In this document: piece after piece, positions 48,296 through 61,028 of the stretch
Position numbering within the stretch: the stretch's first letter is position 1
Layout of the letters: every line of letters starts with the position of its first letter
Assembly (NCBI RefSeq): GCF_023055435.1
Contig: NW_025963902.1
Span: forward strand, 6,386,001-6,450,000
Length of the DNA: 64,000 nt
Direction: 5' to 3'
Source: Haliotis rufescens
Lineage: Eukaryota
Notes under the pieces: model-generated
What the model was told of the DNA's origin: nothing
Database searches by the model: none
Seen by the model: only the letters and a program-made list of their open reading frames with translations
Position numbers and translations under genes: made by a program

Positions 48296-49370
48296 AAACA
48301 CCAACCAATCAATCAATCAGTCGTAGAATGATTTATGATGTCATTTGACCTATGCCTCTTGCAGCTCTAACAACTGGTTAAAGCATGTTCTGGTATCGAA
48401 TACATAACATCGATTAACTCCGAATTACACGTCGGGTAAAATTGCACTTGATGCTTTGTCGTCAGGCAGGCTCCGCGCAGCGCAGTTAATACACTCAAGT
48501 GGAACTTTAAATGTCAAATAAATGTTTATTGGAAATCGATGACAAAATTGTTAACGTCGAAACGGACGGTACACTACAATCAACCAAATTGCAATTACCA
48601 TATCATCATTTGGTCGATTGCACAGCGGAATGAATATTTTTTAATATAATGAATATATTGATTTCTGAAAATTCTTATTTCTAAAGGCGTCATATATAAG
48701 TGAGGTCAAACTGAAATTCATGTTGGTAGTTCTTCAGATTTTGTGACAAGAAAAAAGTTTGTATATCTAATATACATCTGTCAACAAAGGTCAGAAAAAT
48801 TATTAAGAACAAATAATTGGTTTGTATTTAAAACTAGTGTTATGTCGTATTATCAAGTTCTTGTTTACCAAACTGTCTTGAATGTCAATCGTGGATAATT
48901 TCATAGAATTGGATTGTAAAATGCATAGGTATTTATTGACAAATTCCTCTCTCTATCTTAACTTTGATAATTTGACGCCAACCGATATGAGCAATGCCAA
49001 ATCACCAATGAAGTCATGTATCTTATAGTCTGCGTTGCACAAACACATAACATCGTCAGCAAGCACAGTGGGATAGCCTAGTGGTGAAAGCATTCGCTCG
49101 TTTCTAGGAAGTCCCGGGTTCTACTACTCACATAGTGACTGTAGGTGTGCATACGTAGTCACGGTGACCTTGACCTTGGGCCAGTGAACAGTTTGATAGT
49201 AGAATGACTGACTGTACGTCTGCATATGTAATCCCCCAACCCGTCACTTGCACTAATTTTACACAAATTATCAGGCGTGGAGAAAATGCACCATAGGTGA
49301 ATGTGCAATTACTTTAAAATCTGGAAATAAATGTCAGACAACTGATGTATGTTTAAAATAATAACCATAC

Positions 49371-49480
49371 CTGCACGCCGGAGCTTTGAGGAGGACCCGT
49401 CGCTTCAGAACAGGGTTTAACAATTAACGTCATATGCTGGTGTCAGTGACGGCAAATCCCGGATGTACAGTTAGTGGTTG
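49371..49480 (-). promoter_or_regulatory. Candidate non-coding first exon/promoter of the ankyrin-SOCS gene
   Basis: Minus-strand donor GCAG|gtatgg at 49370 in a CpG-richer patch with a CCGGAT ETS-like site; would pair with the acceptor at 47259. Confidence 0.35.
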
Positions 49481-50329
49481 TCACGCGATAGGCTGCATTG
49501 GGAGTGAAAAACATATTACTGTAGGCCGACCCGAGGTTAACTCCATGGCAACAGGTAAACATTCTGCGTTTGTTGACCAATGGAAGGTTATCTACTTATT
49601 TTACTCGCAGATTGATTATTCTGTACTGATAACCTGTTGACAGACGCAAGGGGGGGTAAAAGAAAAGCAAACATTTACGGGTGGACTGTTCTCGTGATAA
49701 TGGCACGATATTATCGCCGTAACCGTTTGTAGGCTTTGTGTTGACTAACTCGCCAATTGTAGTTCAACCTACTTGAGGTGAGATATGACATATCTAATGG
49801 TAATAGACCCTTTATGTTGAGAAGCTTACCTTTACCTTTACGTGTTGGTTACATTTGCCAATGACGTCGTAATACAAGGTAAACGAGAAAACAAATAGTA
49901 ATATAAGTATCGATGCAAAACAGATGTCGTACTGCATGTATATTGAGTAACACGTTGATGAATTACTGCTAGTCTCAATAGAAGGCCAAACAAACACCTT
50001 AAACACGGAAGCCACTATGAATACATGAAAGGGAAAGAATGATTGCACTTATCAACGTATGTACCGACTCCCATAGCCGACCACTGCTTGCTTAAGCTGC
50101 ACCCGACGGGATAACATTAAGTACCACCTTTCAAAGTCTGTTGGTATAAAACGCCCAGGGGTCGAACCCCCAACCTGCCGCACTCCGTGCGGACTTAGAC
50201 GTTCTATCAACTGCACCACACCATTTCTATCTCAAGGGCTCACATTTCGGTACAGCCACACTAGGGCTAACCTAAAATGCGAGGCCTAAAATTGTAGTGG
50301 ATGACGACACTGCAGGGGCGATCTTACGT

Positions 50330-50640
50330 CGTACGGACGCACATGTTACGCACGGGGGACGCACCGAGGGCGGACAGAGGACGCACAGGAGACGGACAGA
50401 GGGCATATGGATGCCGGAGGGCGCACATAGAAAGCATAGGGGGCGCACAGGGGACAAGGGGCGGACAGATGACGCACGGAGGACGCACAGAGAACGCACG
50501 GAGGAGGCACAGAGAACGCACGGGGGACGCACAGGGGACGGACAGAGGACGCACGGTGAACGGATAGAGGACGCATGAGGGGCGCACAGAGGACGCACAG
50601 GGGATGGACAAAGGACGCACGGGGGCGCACAGGAGGCCAC
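50330..50640. repeat. Degenerate G-rich ~11-bp tandem array (ggacgcacaga / ggacgcacggg)
   Basis: Recurring ggacgcac/ggcgcac motif. Confidence 0.8.
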
Positions 50641-51844
50641 ATACAAAAACTATCGGTTCAGGTAAGCTAAAAATTAAATTAAGTTTCAGGAGATTTATAG
50701 CGACTCAAGTAGGCGACAAGCAAAGTAATGGCCAATGTGTGTTCACCGTGTCCTGGGCTTTTTGCTCGTAAGTAGTGGCGGAAAACGAGTGTGCAAAAAC
50801 ATACTTTCCTGTCGCTGTTTATCAACTTGATAATGTTTTTTAGACGCACTTACCCTTTGAATGGCGAGCTGTCTTTACGTCACGTCTACATTAACATAAA
50901 CATAACTTATACCACTTAAGTTAAAACAGTATATCCATTATATTCCAGGATGTTTTTAGACACACTGAACCAAAATAAAATAAAACATTCTCTTGAAAGT
51001 TTGTAATTCAGGTAGGCGTTTTTTAAAATAGCGGATTAACTATCCTTTTAACTGTGTACCCATTACAAAAAGAAAGGCTTAACTCGACTGATGGTGTGTA
51101 CATCTGAACGCTCAATGGTGATGACATATCAGGGTACAGTAAACTACGTTTATAACGAACACGCTTATAACGAACTGTTTTTTTAGTCCCAGCCATTTGC
51201 TGTATATATGCTGTATATATGTTAAAAACGAATTAAGTTATAACGAACTAAAATTAGTGGTCCTAGTTTACTGTATAACTTCAAAGTTATCGCAGTTGTA
51301 TAACAACATGCATGTACGTGTTTGTATGTGTATTTCTCTCTCTCGCCATTCCGCGACAAGGAATATTACTTACTTTAATGACCAATCGATGCCAAGTGCG
51401 CTTTTCAATCAATATTGACAGCGATGTACATCATCACTGAGTTTTGATCACGTGGTTACAATCCGGGTTCAGATCGGCAGTCAGCATGTTAAACCGAGGC
51501 AATGCATCTCAGTGGACTATCAGAAAATAACAGCTGTCATGTTTGGTCAGTTTGGCTTGCCACAACCACCGCCACGGCAACAGCAACAGCAACAACAATA
51601 CTGTCGGTCATGTATTCAATTAAAATTAGATTTAAAAAATAAATAAAAAATAATTATCAATTGATAAAATTTATTAAAATCAGGATGTAGCCAGGAATAG
51701 TGTAATTTGTTGTATTTGAATTGGAGCCATCTAATGCCGAGCTACGCAAAGTTTGATTTGACAACAGGTATCAGTTGTAAGATACACATATATCAAGCCA
51801 TATACGTAAATGTTCACCCACTCCAAACAGCGCTACCTGCCACT

Positions 51845-52061
51845 GGCGACTATGCTTGTCGTTAGAGGCGACTAACGGGATCGGGAGGTCAGGCTCGCCG
51901 ACTTGGTTAATGCATGTCATCGTATCCCAATTGCGTGATCGATGCTCATGATGTCAATCACCCGATCGTCTGGTCCAGACTCGATTATTTACAGACCGCC
52001 GTCATATAGCTGGAATATTACTGAGTGCGGCGTTAAGCAACAAACAATCAAACGAACAAAC
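51845..52061 (+). mobile_element. Family B retroposon (5'-truncated)
   Basis: Similarity to the 9096 copy. Confidence 0.85.
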
Positions 52062-52496
52062 AGCATACTACGCATTTTCGTATGATCGTAAGGTATGTAT
52101 CAGATACTCGTCTAACATCTCGCCGAGCCATTTGTACTGTTACCTTTTCTTCCTACTGCAACTTGAAGAGCCTCCATGACCTGCTAGACTAGCGGCTCTG
52201 GAAATAACAAAACTGATAAAAATAAATACATGTAACACCATTCAAATTGAAAAGGAGCCCATGTGAAATGGGGATTCGGACTTGAGACGGAGGAAAGTCT
52301 AGACTTGCTTCATGTTGATTTTTGTGTTACAGAAAGGGCTGGGCGGAAGGGGAAATAATATTATCCAGGGACTGTGAGACATCCTACTAACTACAAACTT
52401 GCCAGTAGACAGCAAACATCCTATCTTGCAAAATATGTCCACAACGTATCAGTGGTAACGAATGGGCAGTCTTGGCCTGTCTGCGAGGTTTTTGTT

Positions 52497-52580
52497 CAAT
52501 CTCATTAAAATCAGACCTTAGTTCTCGCTACCGCTAAACAAAGCGGTAGCGAGAACTAAGATCTGATTTTAATGAGATTG
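52497..52580. mobile_element. 84-bp hairpin MITE (same TIR family as 53439)
   Basis: caatctcattaaaatcag...ctgattttaatgagattg; perfect 10-bp TSD ggtttttgtt. Confidence 0.9.
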
Positions 52581-53438
52581 GGTTTTTGTTGTTATTATTA
52601 TCAGTAATACATTGTCCTGTGACTGGAGCTAAGTCTAGACGAGGCACGATCCGGCGTAAGCTGGTTCCCGGCTTCCCATGCGCTTCGTCAATTTGATCAG
52701 ACTGTTGATATGAGAGACGGGGCCCAGCTTAAATCCGGCGCAGTGATGCTGCAAGGAACTCTGGGTAAGAGAATGCAGACGGTAATATTGTTTATCGATG
52801 ATTCGTTTACTGTCTGATAAATTCTGTTATTGAAGACATCACACGAATGTAAGTTTTCATTCATCGCTCGGTGTATGAACAATGTCGTCTTAACTGTTCG
52901 AAAATATTGTGTGGTAGGATAAATCTATAAGCCTTATGGCAACATGACAAAGGCGACACTCGAATGCATGAATGAGAACAATAAGGAACAATAACTCAAA
53001 ATCGGGAATAGGCCTAGTCTATCAAATGGTAAATCGTCATGGCTAGTGCTATTTAGCTCAAATTTCATTTACTTTTAGAAAGTTTGTTCATCTTCTGTCA
53101 TTCCTGTTCATTTGGTTCTGCCTGAATTCACCGAAGGGTTACAATGTAGGCACCGCAGACCAATTTTTTTTTCAAATTTAAAATTATCTTTTTGCCTTTT
53201 TTATTTATTTAGAAGGTTGTTCTGATTGAAGGAACATGAATGGGTTATTCCACATGAAGCAAAATAAGGTCACACAAGCACCATACTTCAGCACTGCCAT
53301 TTGTCAGCAATGGATATTCTAAGTGCCGTTTTCGTCCACTTGTGCCAAAAAGTCCAGAATTTTTTTTTTACATTTATTCTTTACAGATAGTTAGAGACAT
53401 TATTCATGTTGCACTTCTAAAAGTTTGAAAGAAAAATA

Positions 53439-53880
53439 CAATCTCATTAAAATCAGATCTTAGTTCTCGTCACCGCTAAACAAAGATCTGAGGACATCCC
53501 ATTAGGGGTCACATCAGAACGACCTTTCACCTGACCAATCAGAGCATCGCTTACCAGATTATGAAAGTGACAGTCGGAATGTGATTTCTAATCATGCAGC
53601 CTCGAAAACTTTAACTCCGAACGATAGTTACGGGTTTAACGACTGAATCCATACCATCTATTAGCCATTCCAGAATGTTCTTTTGTTCAGGTTTTAAATT
53701 TGTAATAGAGAATTTGTCAAAATATGTTTCGAAGCATAGTTGCCAATTTAAAATTAGTGCCGTAAAGCATGAGAAAGCTGCCTTCTGATTGGTCATTCCA
53801 TTGGTCCGTCAAAGTTCGCGCAAGGTCGGTCTGACGTGACCCGTAATGGGATGTCCTCAGATCTTTGTTTAGTGGTAGCA
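53439..53880 (-). mobile_element. TIR element (caatctcattaaaatcagatc family) with RecQ-like stub, right end truncated
   Basis: ctaaacaaagatctgaggacatcccatta is inverted at ~53843-53872; ORF FDKFSITNLKPEQKNILEWLIDG. Confidence 0.65.
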
Positions 53881-55024
53881 TAAGTCTAAAATAAATAATA
53901 GCAAAATAAATATCCATGAAAATGGGAAAAGTCATTGTAAACTTTATATATAAGCATCACATCAAAATGTCTGTCATGAATAATCTTAATACAATCATGT
54001 GCATTTTCATGCTCCTAGTATTTACAGTCAAGCATCATGAGCGAATGAGCCAATCGGGAGTATGCTTCATATATCCAGTCTATTAGTGACTGGAAGACAT
54101 GTATACAGAACTAGCCATTGTAATGGCCACAGGACAGGACAGGACAAGTGTCACCAACCATATCCTCATCAAAACTGTTAAGCAGCCTTTTTCTTGACAA
54201 CGTACAAAATGTAAAACATATTATGAAACTAATTATCTCCCCTTCAAGGGCAGGCAGAGAATCACACTTAGCTCCCCTGAAATCTTTTGTAGGTCAAATT
54301 AAAATACTTTGTCGATGTTTGAAAAATACAGAAAAATAGTTTTTAAATAGTTTTATCATGCAGCTATATAAATACAGCGGTAGAAACTAACGTTTTTGGT
54401 CCACTAGTCCTTATAATGATAACATATAGCAAAACCCTAAAAAATGGCAAATATCTACTAGTCCTTATGGTACCTTAACTATTGGGCAGTTTGGCAAGGA
54501 CTACAGGACTAGTGCCAATTTCTAACCCTGAAATACATCCATATAACGATGAAATTACCAGTTTGTAGGTATTACTGGTAAAGTAGAATACATTTAAACT
54601 TTTACTTGCCTGAAAAAATCCTTCTCTCTGAACTCCTGAAGCGCGAGATACAGTGACTGGGAAGTGTGTAGTTGTCATAACAACCAAGAAGACGCACAAA
54701 ATCGTCATCACAACTATCGTAAATTGCCCTCAAACGTCACTACTAATTGTGGACCAAAACCGAAAGTGTTCTAAAAATAGCTACAGAAGCACCCCCAAGC
54801 GATAACTGCGGTCGCTATACAATGTTGGTTGGTTTGTTTGTTGTTTTACGCCGCACACAGCAATATTCCAGCTATATGACAGCGGTCTGTAAATAATCGA
54901 GGCCAACAATGCAGTTTACCTGGCGCAGCCCGAGCTCTACCATCCACTCAATTAACACGCTATAGTGCTACCGCTGTCTCGCTATGCTGTTACCGTGCCT
55001 CACACTCCGGGGACTCTCGCTTCA

Positions 55025-55285
55025 TGATCCAACACCTCTTTTTCGGTCTTAGGGAAACTTACACGTCTTTACGATCCAACACCCATTACAGTCTTAGGGA
55101 AACTTACACGTCTTTACGATCCAACACCCGTTTTCGGTCTGGGGGCAAATTACACATCTTAACGATTCAATACCCGTTTTCGGTCTTAGGGAAACTTACA
55201 CGTCTTTACGATCCAACACCCCTTTTTGGTCTTAGGGAAACTTACACATCCTTACGATCCAACGCCCCTTTTCGGTCCTTAGGGT
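55025..55285. repeat. ~46-bp minisatellite (~5.5 copies) cggtcttagggaaacttacacgtctttacgatccaacacc
   Basis: Visible tandem array. Confidence 0.9.
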
Positions 55286-55970
55286 TAGCTAGCTTTGAGC
55301 TTTGATTGGTCGGTGTAGCGCTTTGAGCATGAACTGCTACATGGAAGTTTGTGCATTATAAGTGCACATTATTATTGTAATTATTACCTAAGTACCTTTA
55401 CCCGACCCGTTGTTGGGTACGCGAGTACCCTAATAGCCCTGCAACAGATAACAAGATACAAATGTCTACTTTTGGAGTTGTATCTTTTGTCGATGATCGT
55501 AGCCATTTATCTGTTTTAGTGTAAGGACCCAATCTCCCATTTGTCTCTCTGGCAGTCTCATGTTACCTTGACCTTGATAATGCAATCAATGACATTTGGC
55601 TCATGAAGCGAGTAGCTGAGTGCAGCGTTAAACAACGAACATCATGAGAGTAGGACTTTTTCAATCTAAACATGAAATTGAACTAAGGGCTACCTTTAGA
55701 AAACAGTACAACAAACTTTTCAAACACGTGACATTACCATATGACGTAATTTATAGTATTTTGTTGCCAGTCACACCAGCAAAACAATTCCCTGAGGCGA
55801 CAGGGGTCATGAAGTGTGCATAAGCTCCTCCCAGTGATCTATCATCTCTATACACAATGTCATTGAATAAGCCCAGCGATGTTGAGAGTTTTGAATATTT
55901 GTTTACTAAATATATCCTTAACCCTTGGATCATCTTTACGATCAATCACCCCTTTACGATCATTAGGGTT

Positions 55971-56272
55971 AGGTACCTGTTTAGTGACTGTTATAGATTC
56001 AAAAGCAGCTCATAATATTCTTCACACAAAAACGTTGGCTGTTGTTGAGTAAAAAGCATGAAATGGTTTAGTGTCAATAATTTGGCTACTGGAAACTGTC
56101 CTGGAACATTCACACAAGACAAGGTACCTGTTTAGTGACTGTTATAGATTCAAAAGCAGCTCATAATATTCTTCACACAAAAATGTTGACTGTTGTTTAG
56201 TAAAAAGCATGAAATGGTTTAGTGTCGAATATTTTGGCTTCTGGAAACTGTCCTGGAACATTCACACAAGAC
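55971..56272. repeat. Direct tandem duplication, period 151 bp
   Basis: aggtacctgtttagtgactg...cacaagaca at 55971 and 56122. Confidence 0.92.
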
Positions 56273-57304
56273 ACATCCACCCGCTACATTTTATCAGTAC
56301 TTATTCAAAAGCAAATTCATCCTTGTGTCGTCATGAGCCATGCTCATGCCTCCCCTGTTTCTTACTATTATCCACATTATCCTTATAGTGTTCCCTACCA
56401 TACTTTTCTGTCTCAAAAATCACCCGATGAATTATCAAATACCATGTCATTCATGCGTCTGAAGCCTGGAGGTGTTTTCAGTTAGCGCCATATCGGCTCA
56501 TTCCTCACCACTTGGTATCTTGTAGATTATGGAATGGGATGAGTGTGCCAGACGGCATCAGGATCACTCGTATGTTCCGTAGACTAAAGTCTTGAAACAC
56601 CATGCCCACCCGTACCCTTCAGAAGTTGCCATGGCCTATTCAACCCTTTTCGTTCAGTTCCATAACGTCATACACGTGGCTAGGTAAATTTGCACTTAGT
56701 TCCACAGTGTGGACATAGCTCAGTTGGTTAGCTGTCGGGCTAATAATCCGTTCGTGTCTGATGGATTCTCACAAAAACTGATTGCTTGTCTTTGAGACAC
56801 GTGACCTATAGCTGAGGTCATCCTCACGAGAAGTTGTGGTACTGTATTCTAAAGATGCTTCGAATTAAGCAACTCTGCATAATAAGCCAATCTTTTCCAA
56901 CTTAAATAAGAAAGGATAAATATGACAACATAAGCACGTCCATTTGGAATATCCATATGAATATACTGTCAATGAATAATCTTGCAATTATTTACCATGT
57001 TTACATTCTTACACAACACATTATCTTTTATCACAGTTTATGGTCTGATAGCTTGTCGGATACAAGTCTCACTCTCCTGGATCGCCTTAGTTCAGCACCA
57101 GCAACATCTGGAAGTTTAGTAGTTTGGATTACCTCCCTTGCACTGTCTGTGACATCGTCTGAGGACATCATCATTGAGCTGCAAGTCTGGTCTCCTGCAA
57201 ATTTTTTCATGAGTGGTGAGTTTCTGATAATAACGTGATTACCATTGTCAATAGTTACTGCACTACATTTCTTCTCCAGTATCACATGATGGTCTGAATG
57301 GAAA

Positions 57305-57427
57305 CAATTTCATTAAGATCAGATCTATGTTCTTTGTACTGTGTCGTTCTGACATGACCAGAAATGGGATGTCCTCTGGTCATTGTTTAGTGGTTGCGAC
57401 CACTAAGATCTGATTTTAATGAAATTG
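57305..57427. mobile_element. 123-bp MITE (same family) inserted in the Gypsy integrase tail
   Basis: caatttcattaagatcagatc...agatctgattttaatgaaattg; TSD gaatggaaa/gtatggaaa. Confidence 0.8.
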
Positions 57428-58269
57428 GTATGGAAATTGGTTCTCAGCTTATCACTTTGTTTCGTTTTTCTGGAGAGGTGTGCATAAGCTTTACCTCTTC
57501 CTTTATTTTGGGCATCATTATTTGAACGTTAATGTCGTTCTCAAGTACCGATTCTGATATCTTGGTACGCAGCTTTTGATTCCTGAGTAGTTCAACCAAA
57601 CTCTTCCAAGTCATACCTTGGGATGTCGTCCTGTAGGATGGAAGAAATTTTGTTATTTCTGACCTCCAGTCTCTTCCATCTGCTCTGAATGTTTTGAGTA
57701 CATGTCATATGCCTCTTTGTACCAAAAAAAGGTTTGTAAGTACAACTGACATTTTGAGAGATGACTAAACCACAAAATGAAACCCTCATAAATGGCATAA
57801 TGATACATGTATCCATTCTCTGTCAACTAAAGTTTGTTTCCTGTTTTCATTATTAGATGAGTATTACGATCGAAAGTTCAGGATAATTATTTAAATATAA
57901 TGTGTTTATCTTGATTTTTTTTATATTTCCTAACAAAATATCTAGTAGTACAACAAATGTTAGTGAGTACAAATCTTAAACATGTTAAACTGGTGGTCCC
58001 GAAACTCCCGGACTCCCAAGGGTGTCGACCCCTGTGTGGAATGATTGGAAAAGCTATTGCTTGACGAGTTCATTGTAGGTGGATGGGATAAAATAGCCTT
58101 GATCTCTTTGGATAGAAGATCCGTTAGATGCCTGGCAAAGATTTTCTCGAGGTACGGACTCCCAGAGAAATTAGCGTTGGCCAATGGTCCCAATTATATC
58201 AGCCGAGTTTAAAAGTTTTCTCCATGAAAAAATGATAAATGTGTGACTCCCTATTGGCCTTCTGCTGCC

Positions 58270-58448
58270 TTATTGTTGGCAATTAATTTCTGGAAAAATA
58301 TATCTGTCGTACATAAACATTTCAGGCTGTCAGCATAAACCACGAAATTTTCTTTCAACTCTGTTTTTTTCACCAAAATAATATTCTAATAAGAGCCCCC
58401 TGTTTCTAATTGTGAGAGCGCCCTAGGCGCTTATTTCATCGAATACGG
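58270..58448. mobile_element. Half copy of the CCGTATTC MITE
   Basis: Reverse complement of the left half, ending gaatacgg|ta. Confidence 0.75.
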
Positions 58449-61028
58449 TACCATGTTTACTGACCACAATTTGGACAATATCATGTTTTAGAGAAACTGA
58501 TATTGACAAGGCCCTCATGAATGGCCAATAATTGATAAATATTATATGTAAAAATATTGTACTACATTGCAACAGGCAGCTTTAGGCAAATTAATCTGAT
58601 AGTATAAAGTTCTGGGTTCCTAATCCCAGTTCGCTGGTAGGTAACGAATCTATAGTTAAAGATTGCCATATTTTCCATGGTAATTCTGTTGTCTGTATTG
58701 GTTTTGCGTTTGCAACTACTTGGCAAGCATGACACCGCCATATTGCTGGAATATTGCTATAAGCGGTGTAAAACCATACTCACTCACTCACTCACTCTGA
58801 CAACTCCTTGGTGTGTCTCATGAGCTAATAGATTGAGTGTTTGTTTCTGAAGACTATTGGGCATCCCAATTCTGTTTCTTTTAAGGATAATACCATCATG
58901 TTCTGAAAGTTCATCCATGTGAGTCCCTTGTATCTTGTATCTGTCCTTGTTCTGCTTCAAGATTTCTTGACATCTGCCAGTTCATAATCTCTCTCTGTAG
59001 CTGATCTGATTTCTTTGAACTTGATTGCAATAGGGAGAGCATTTTTTGTGATGCACAGTGGTGAATATATTCTTCTGCCACATTGTGTCTTACTTTGCTA
59101 ATTTCTTGTAGGAATCTTTATAAGGCATCTGTTGCATTTTGTGAACCACCTCCGTAAACAGCCTTAAAGTTGTGGGCTGTTGTCTGAACACCCATCCCTC
59201 AATTCTTGGTGGTTTTGAGGAATGAGAATTAATTACCTCTAATGGTTTATTGTCTGTTTCAAGCTCGAACTTGATTCCATACAGGTTCATGTGAAAAATT
59301 ACTTCTTTCTTAGTCTGAGAATATCTTTTCTTTACATCTGTGAGTGTTGTACTCGCATGTGCTACTTGGTGAAAACTGTTAATGCCAGTCTAAATATCCA
59401 AACCAACCGCTGTACATGTGTAGGCACTTTGCTTCTTTATTTTTCTTTAGCTTCATACACAAAAACAAGCTGTCATTCCGGCCAGCAGATGCTCACAAAC
59501 ACGATATTTTTCCTGCAGCCAAAACTTGTCTTGTTTCTGAGTGAGGGAGGCTCAAAGTCCAACTGGACTCCCATCAACAATAAGTCTTGGCAAAGCGTCA
59601 TCATAGTATGCCATAATGTTAGCACTAGCAAGTCTTCACTTCAGTTTCTTCAGTGAGTTTTGCTGTTCTTTTCCCCAGTGTCATACTGTATTTGATCTTG
59701 TAAGTTGTCTCATGGGCTCTGGGATAAGTGCCAGGTCAGGAATGCATGTAGCACTGAGGTTTGCAAGACCAGTATTCCCGTTTACTGGTAATTACCAGTT
59801 TTTTCCAAGTAGAATTAGGCTTGGGCCCGTAAATCATGTTACTGCCAGTCCCTGTGGACCGGCAAATATAGTACCTTATATATATATCTTTGTTGTTAAA
59901 TAAGTATATTTTTGAAACTAAGTCAGCTTGTCTGTTACCATCAGGGTTTCCCTCGTCTATTATAGTGCAGGGAAATAACATTTCGCTTTGCTTCGAGGTT
60001 AAATATATATTTGTAGCGACTTAGTCTCGAAATATTGAAAAATGGAGACAATTGTGACTGAACTTTGTTTGAATGATGTGTTGATCTAATTAAGTTACTT
60101 CAGAGATGACGTCATTGCATTGAACATGATGTTGAAGGAATGAAAACCAGGTAATTTTCATATGTCTTTTTATTTGTTGAAAGTTGGGAATGACAAAAAT
60201 TAGAAGGGATTGGTAACTTTTAGAGTTGCAAGTCCACTAGGACTGGCAGTATCAAAAGCAAGCGGGAACACCGAAGACCTCGGAGGAAACTTACTGAGTA
60301 GTTATTTGCCAAATGTCCTCTTGTCCTCTGAATCCATATCTATAGCAATTACATGTTTCTGTGATTTGGTAGAAGTAGAAAAGACTTGATTGACAATTTG
60401 TCGCTCACTACTTTCGAACTCTGTATCTTGAAACTCTACCATTTCCATAATTCTAGCAATCTCTGAGGCTTTGTTCAAAGTTAATAATCCTCACAGAGAA
60501 ATTTCCTTCTCATCCTGGTAGATTTGCATTTATCTACCATTTGATCCCTTACATTTCCCCCATGTCATTGAAGTACAAGAGTTATAACACACTCTTTGAA
60601 ATCATTGTGAAAAGAGCATGCTTGAACATGTTGGATGAACCTCATAAGTTGTGGAGTGTAGACACCGAAGGCTGGAGTTGCTGGAGGATTGTGTGACCTA
60701 AAGGGCAAATTGACTTGAGTTGGGGGGATGGGGGGTCACATTTCAGTCGGCAATATACAGTACTTAGTTATTAGTATGTAACACCATAGCATACAACTGT
60801 CATGTCACAGGACAGTGTCAAGATATGAAAGGATATGGTCCATCGCCAGCTGGTCTCATTCTCTTTGCATCATGATAAGTAGTTTGTCATGATTCATTTA
60901 ACGTCAAATTGTGTATGGACCCAGCCCTTGTTCTTATTGGTTGTGTTTAGGAAATGCATCAACACGATTGAGAAAAGTGACGACGCTTTTGTGTTTTCAG
61001 TGAACACCATAACAAACACAAGATAATA

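Larger units (their letters stand above)
57031..60600 (-). mobile_element. Decayed Ty3/Gypsy LTR retrotransposon internal region (gag, RT-thumb/RNase H, integrase), copy 1
   Basis: Frameshifted fragments: gag VRDQMVDKCKSTRMRRKFL..TLNKASEIAR (~60560-60450); IPDLALIPEPMRQLTR..WGKEQ..LIVDGSPVGL (~59760-59550); HASTTLTDVKKRYSQT..LYGIKFELETDNKPL (RNase H, ~59365-59240); AHETHQGV (~58810); DWRSEITKFLPSYRTT and LRRSRRVR integrase tail (~57690-57031). Confidence 0.85.

Noticed and set aside
56280-57030. LTRs, PBS or PPT for the Gypsy relics
   Set aside because: No matching pair of long direct repeats was found by eye. The 151-bp duplication at 55971 is tandem, not flanking.
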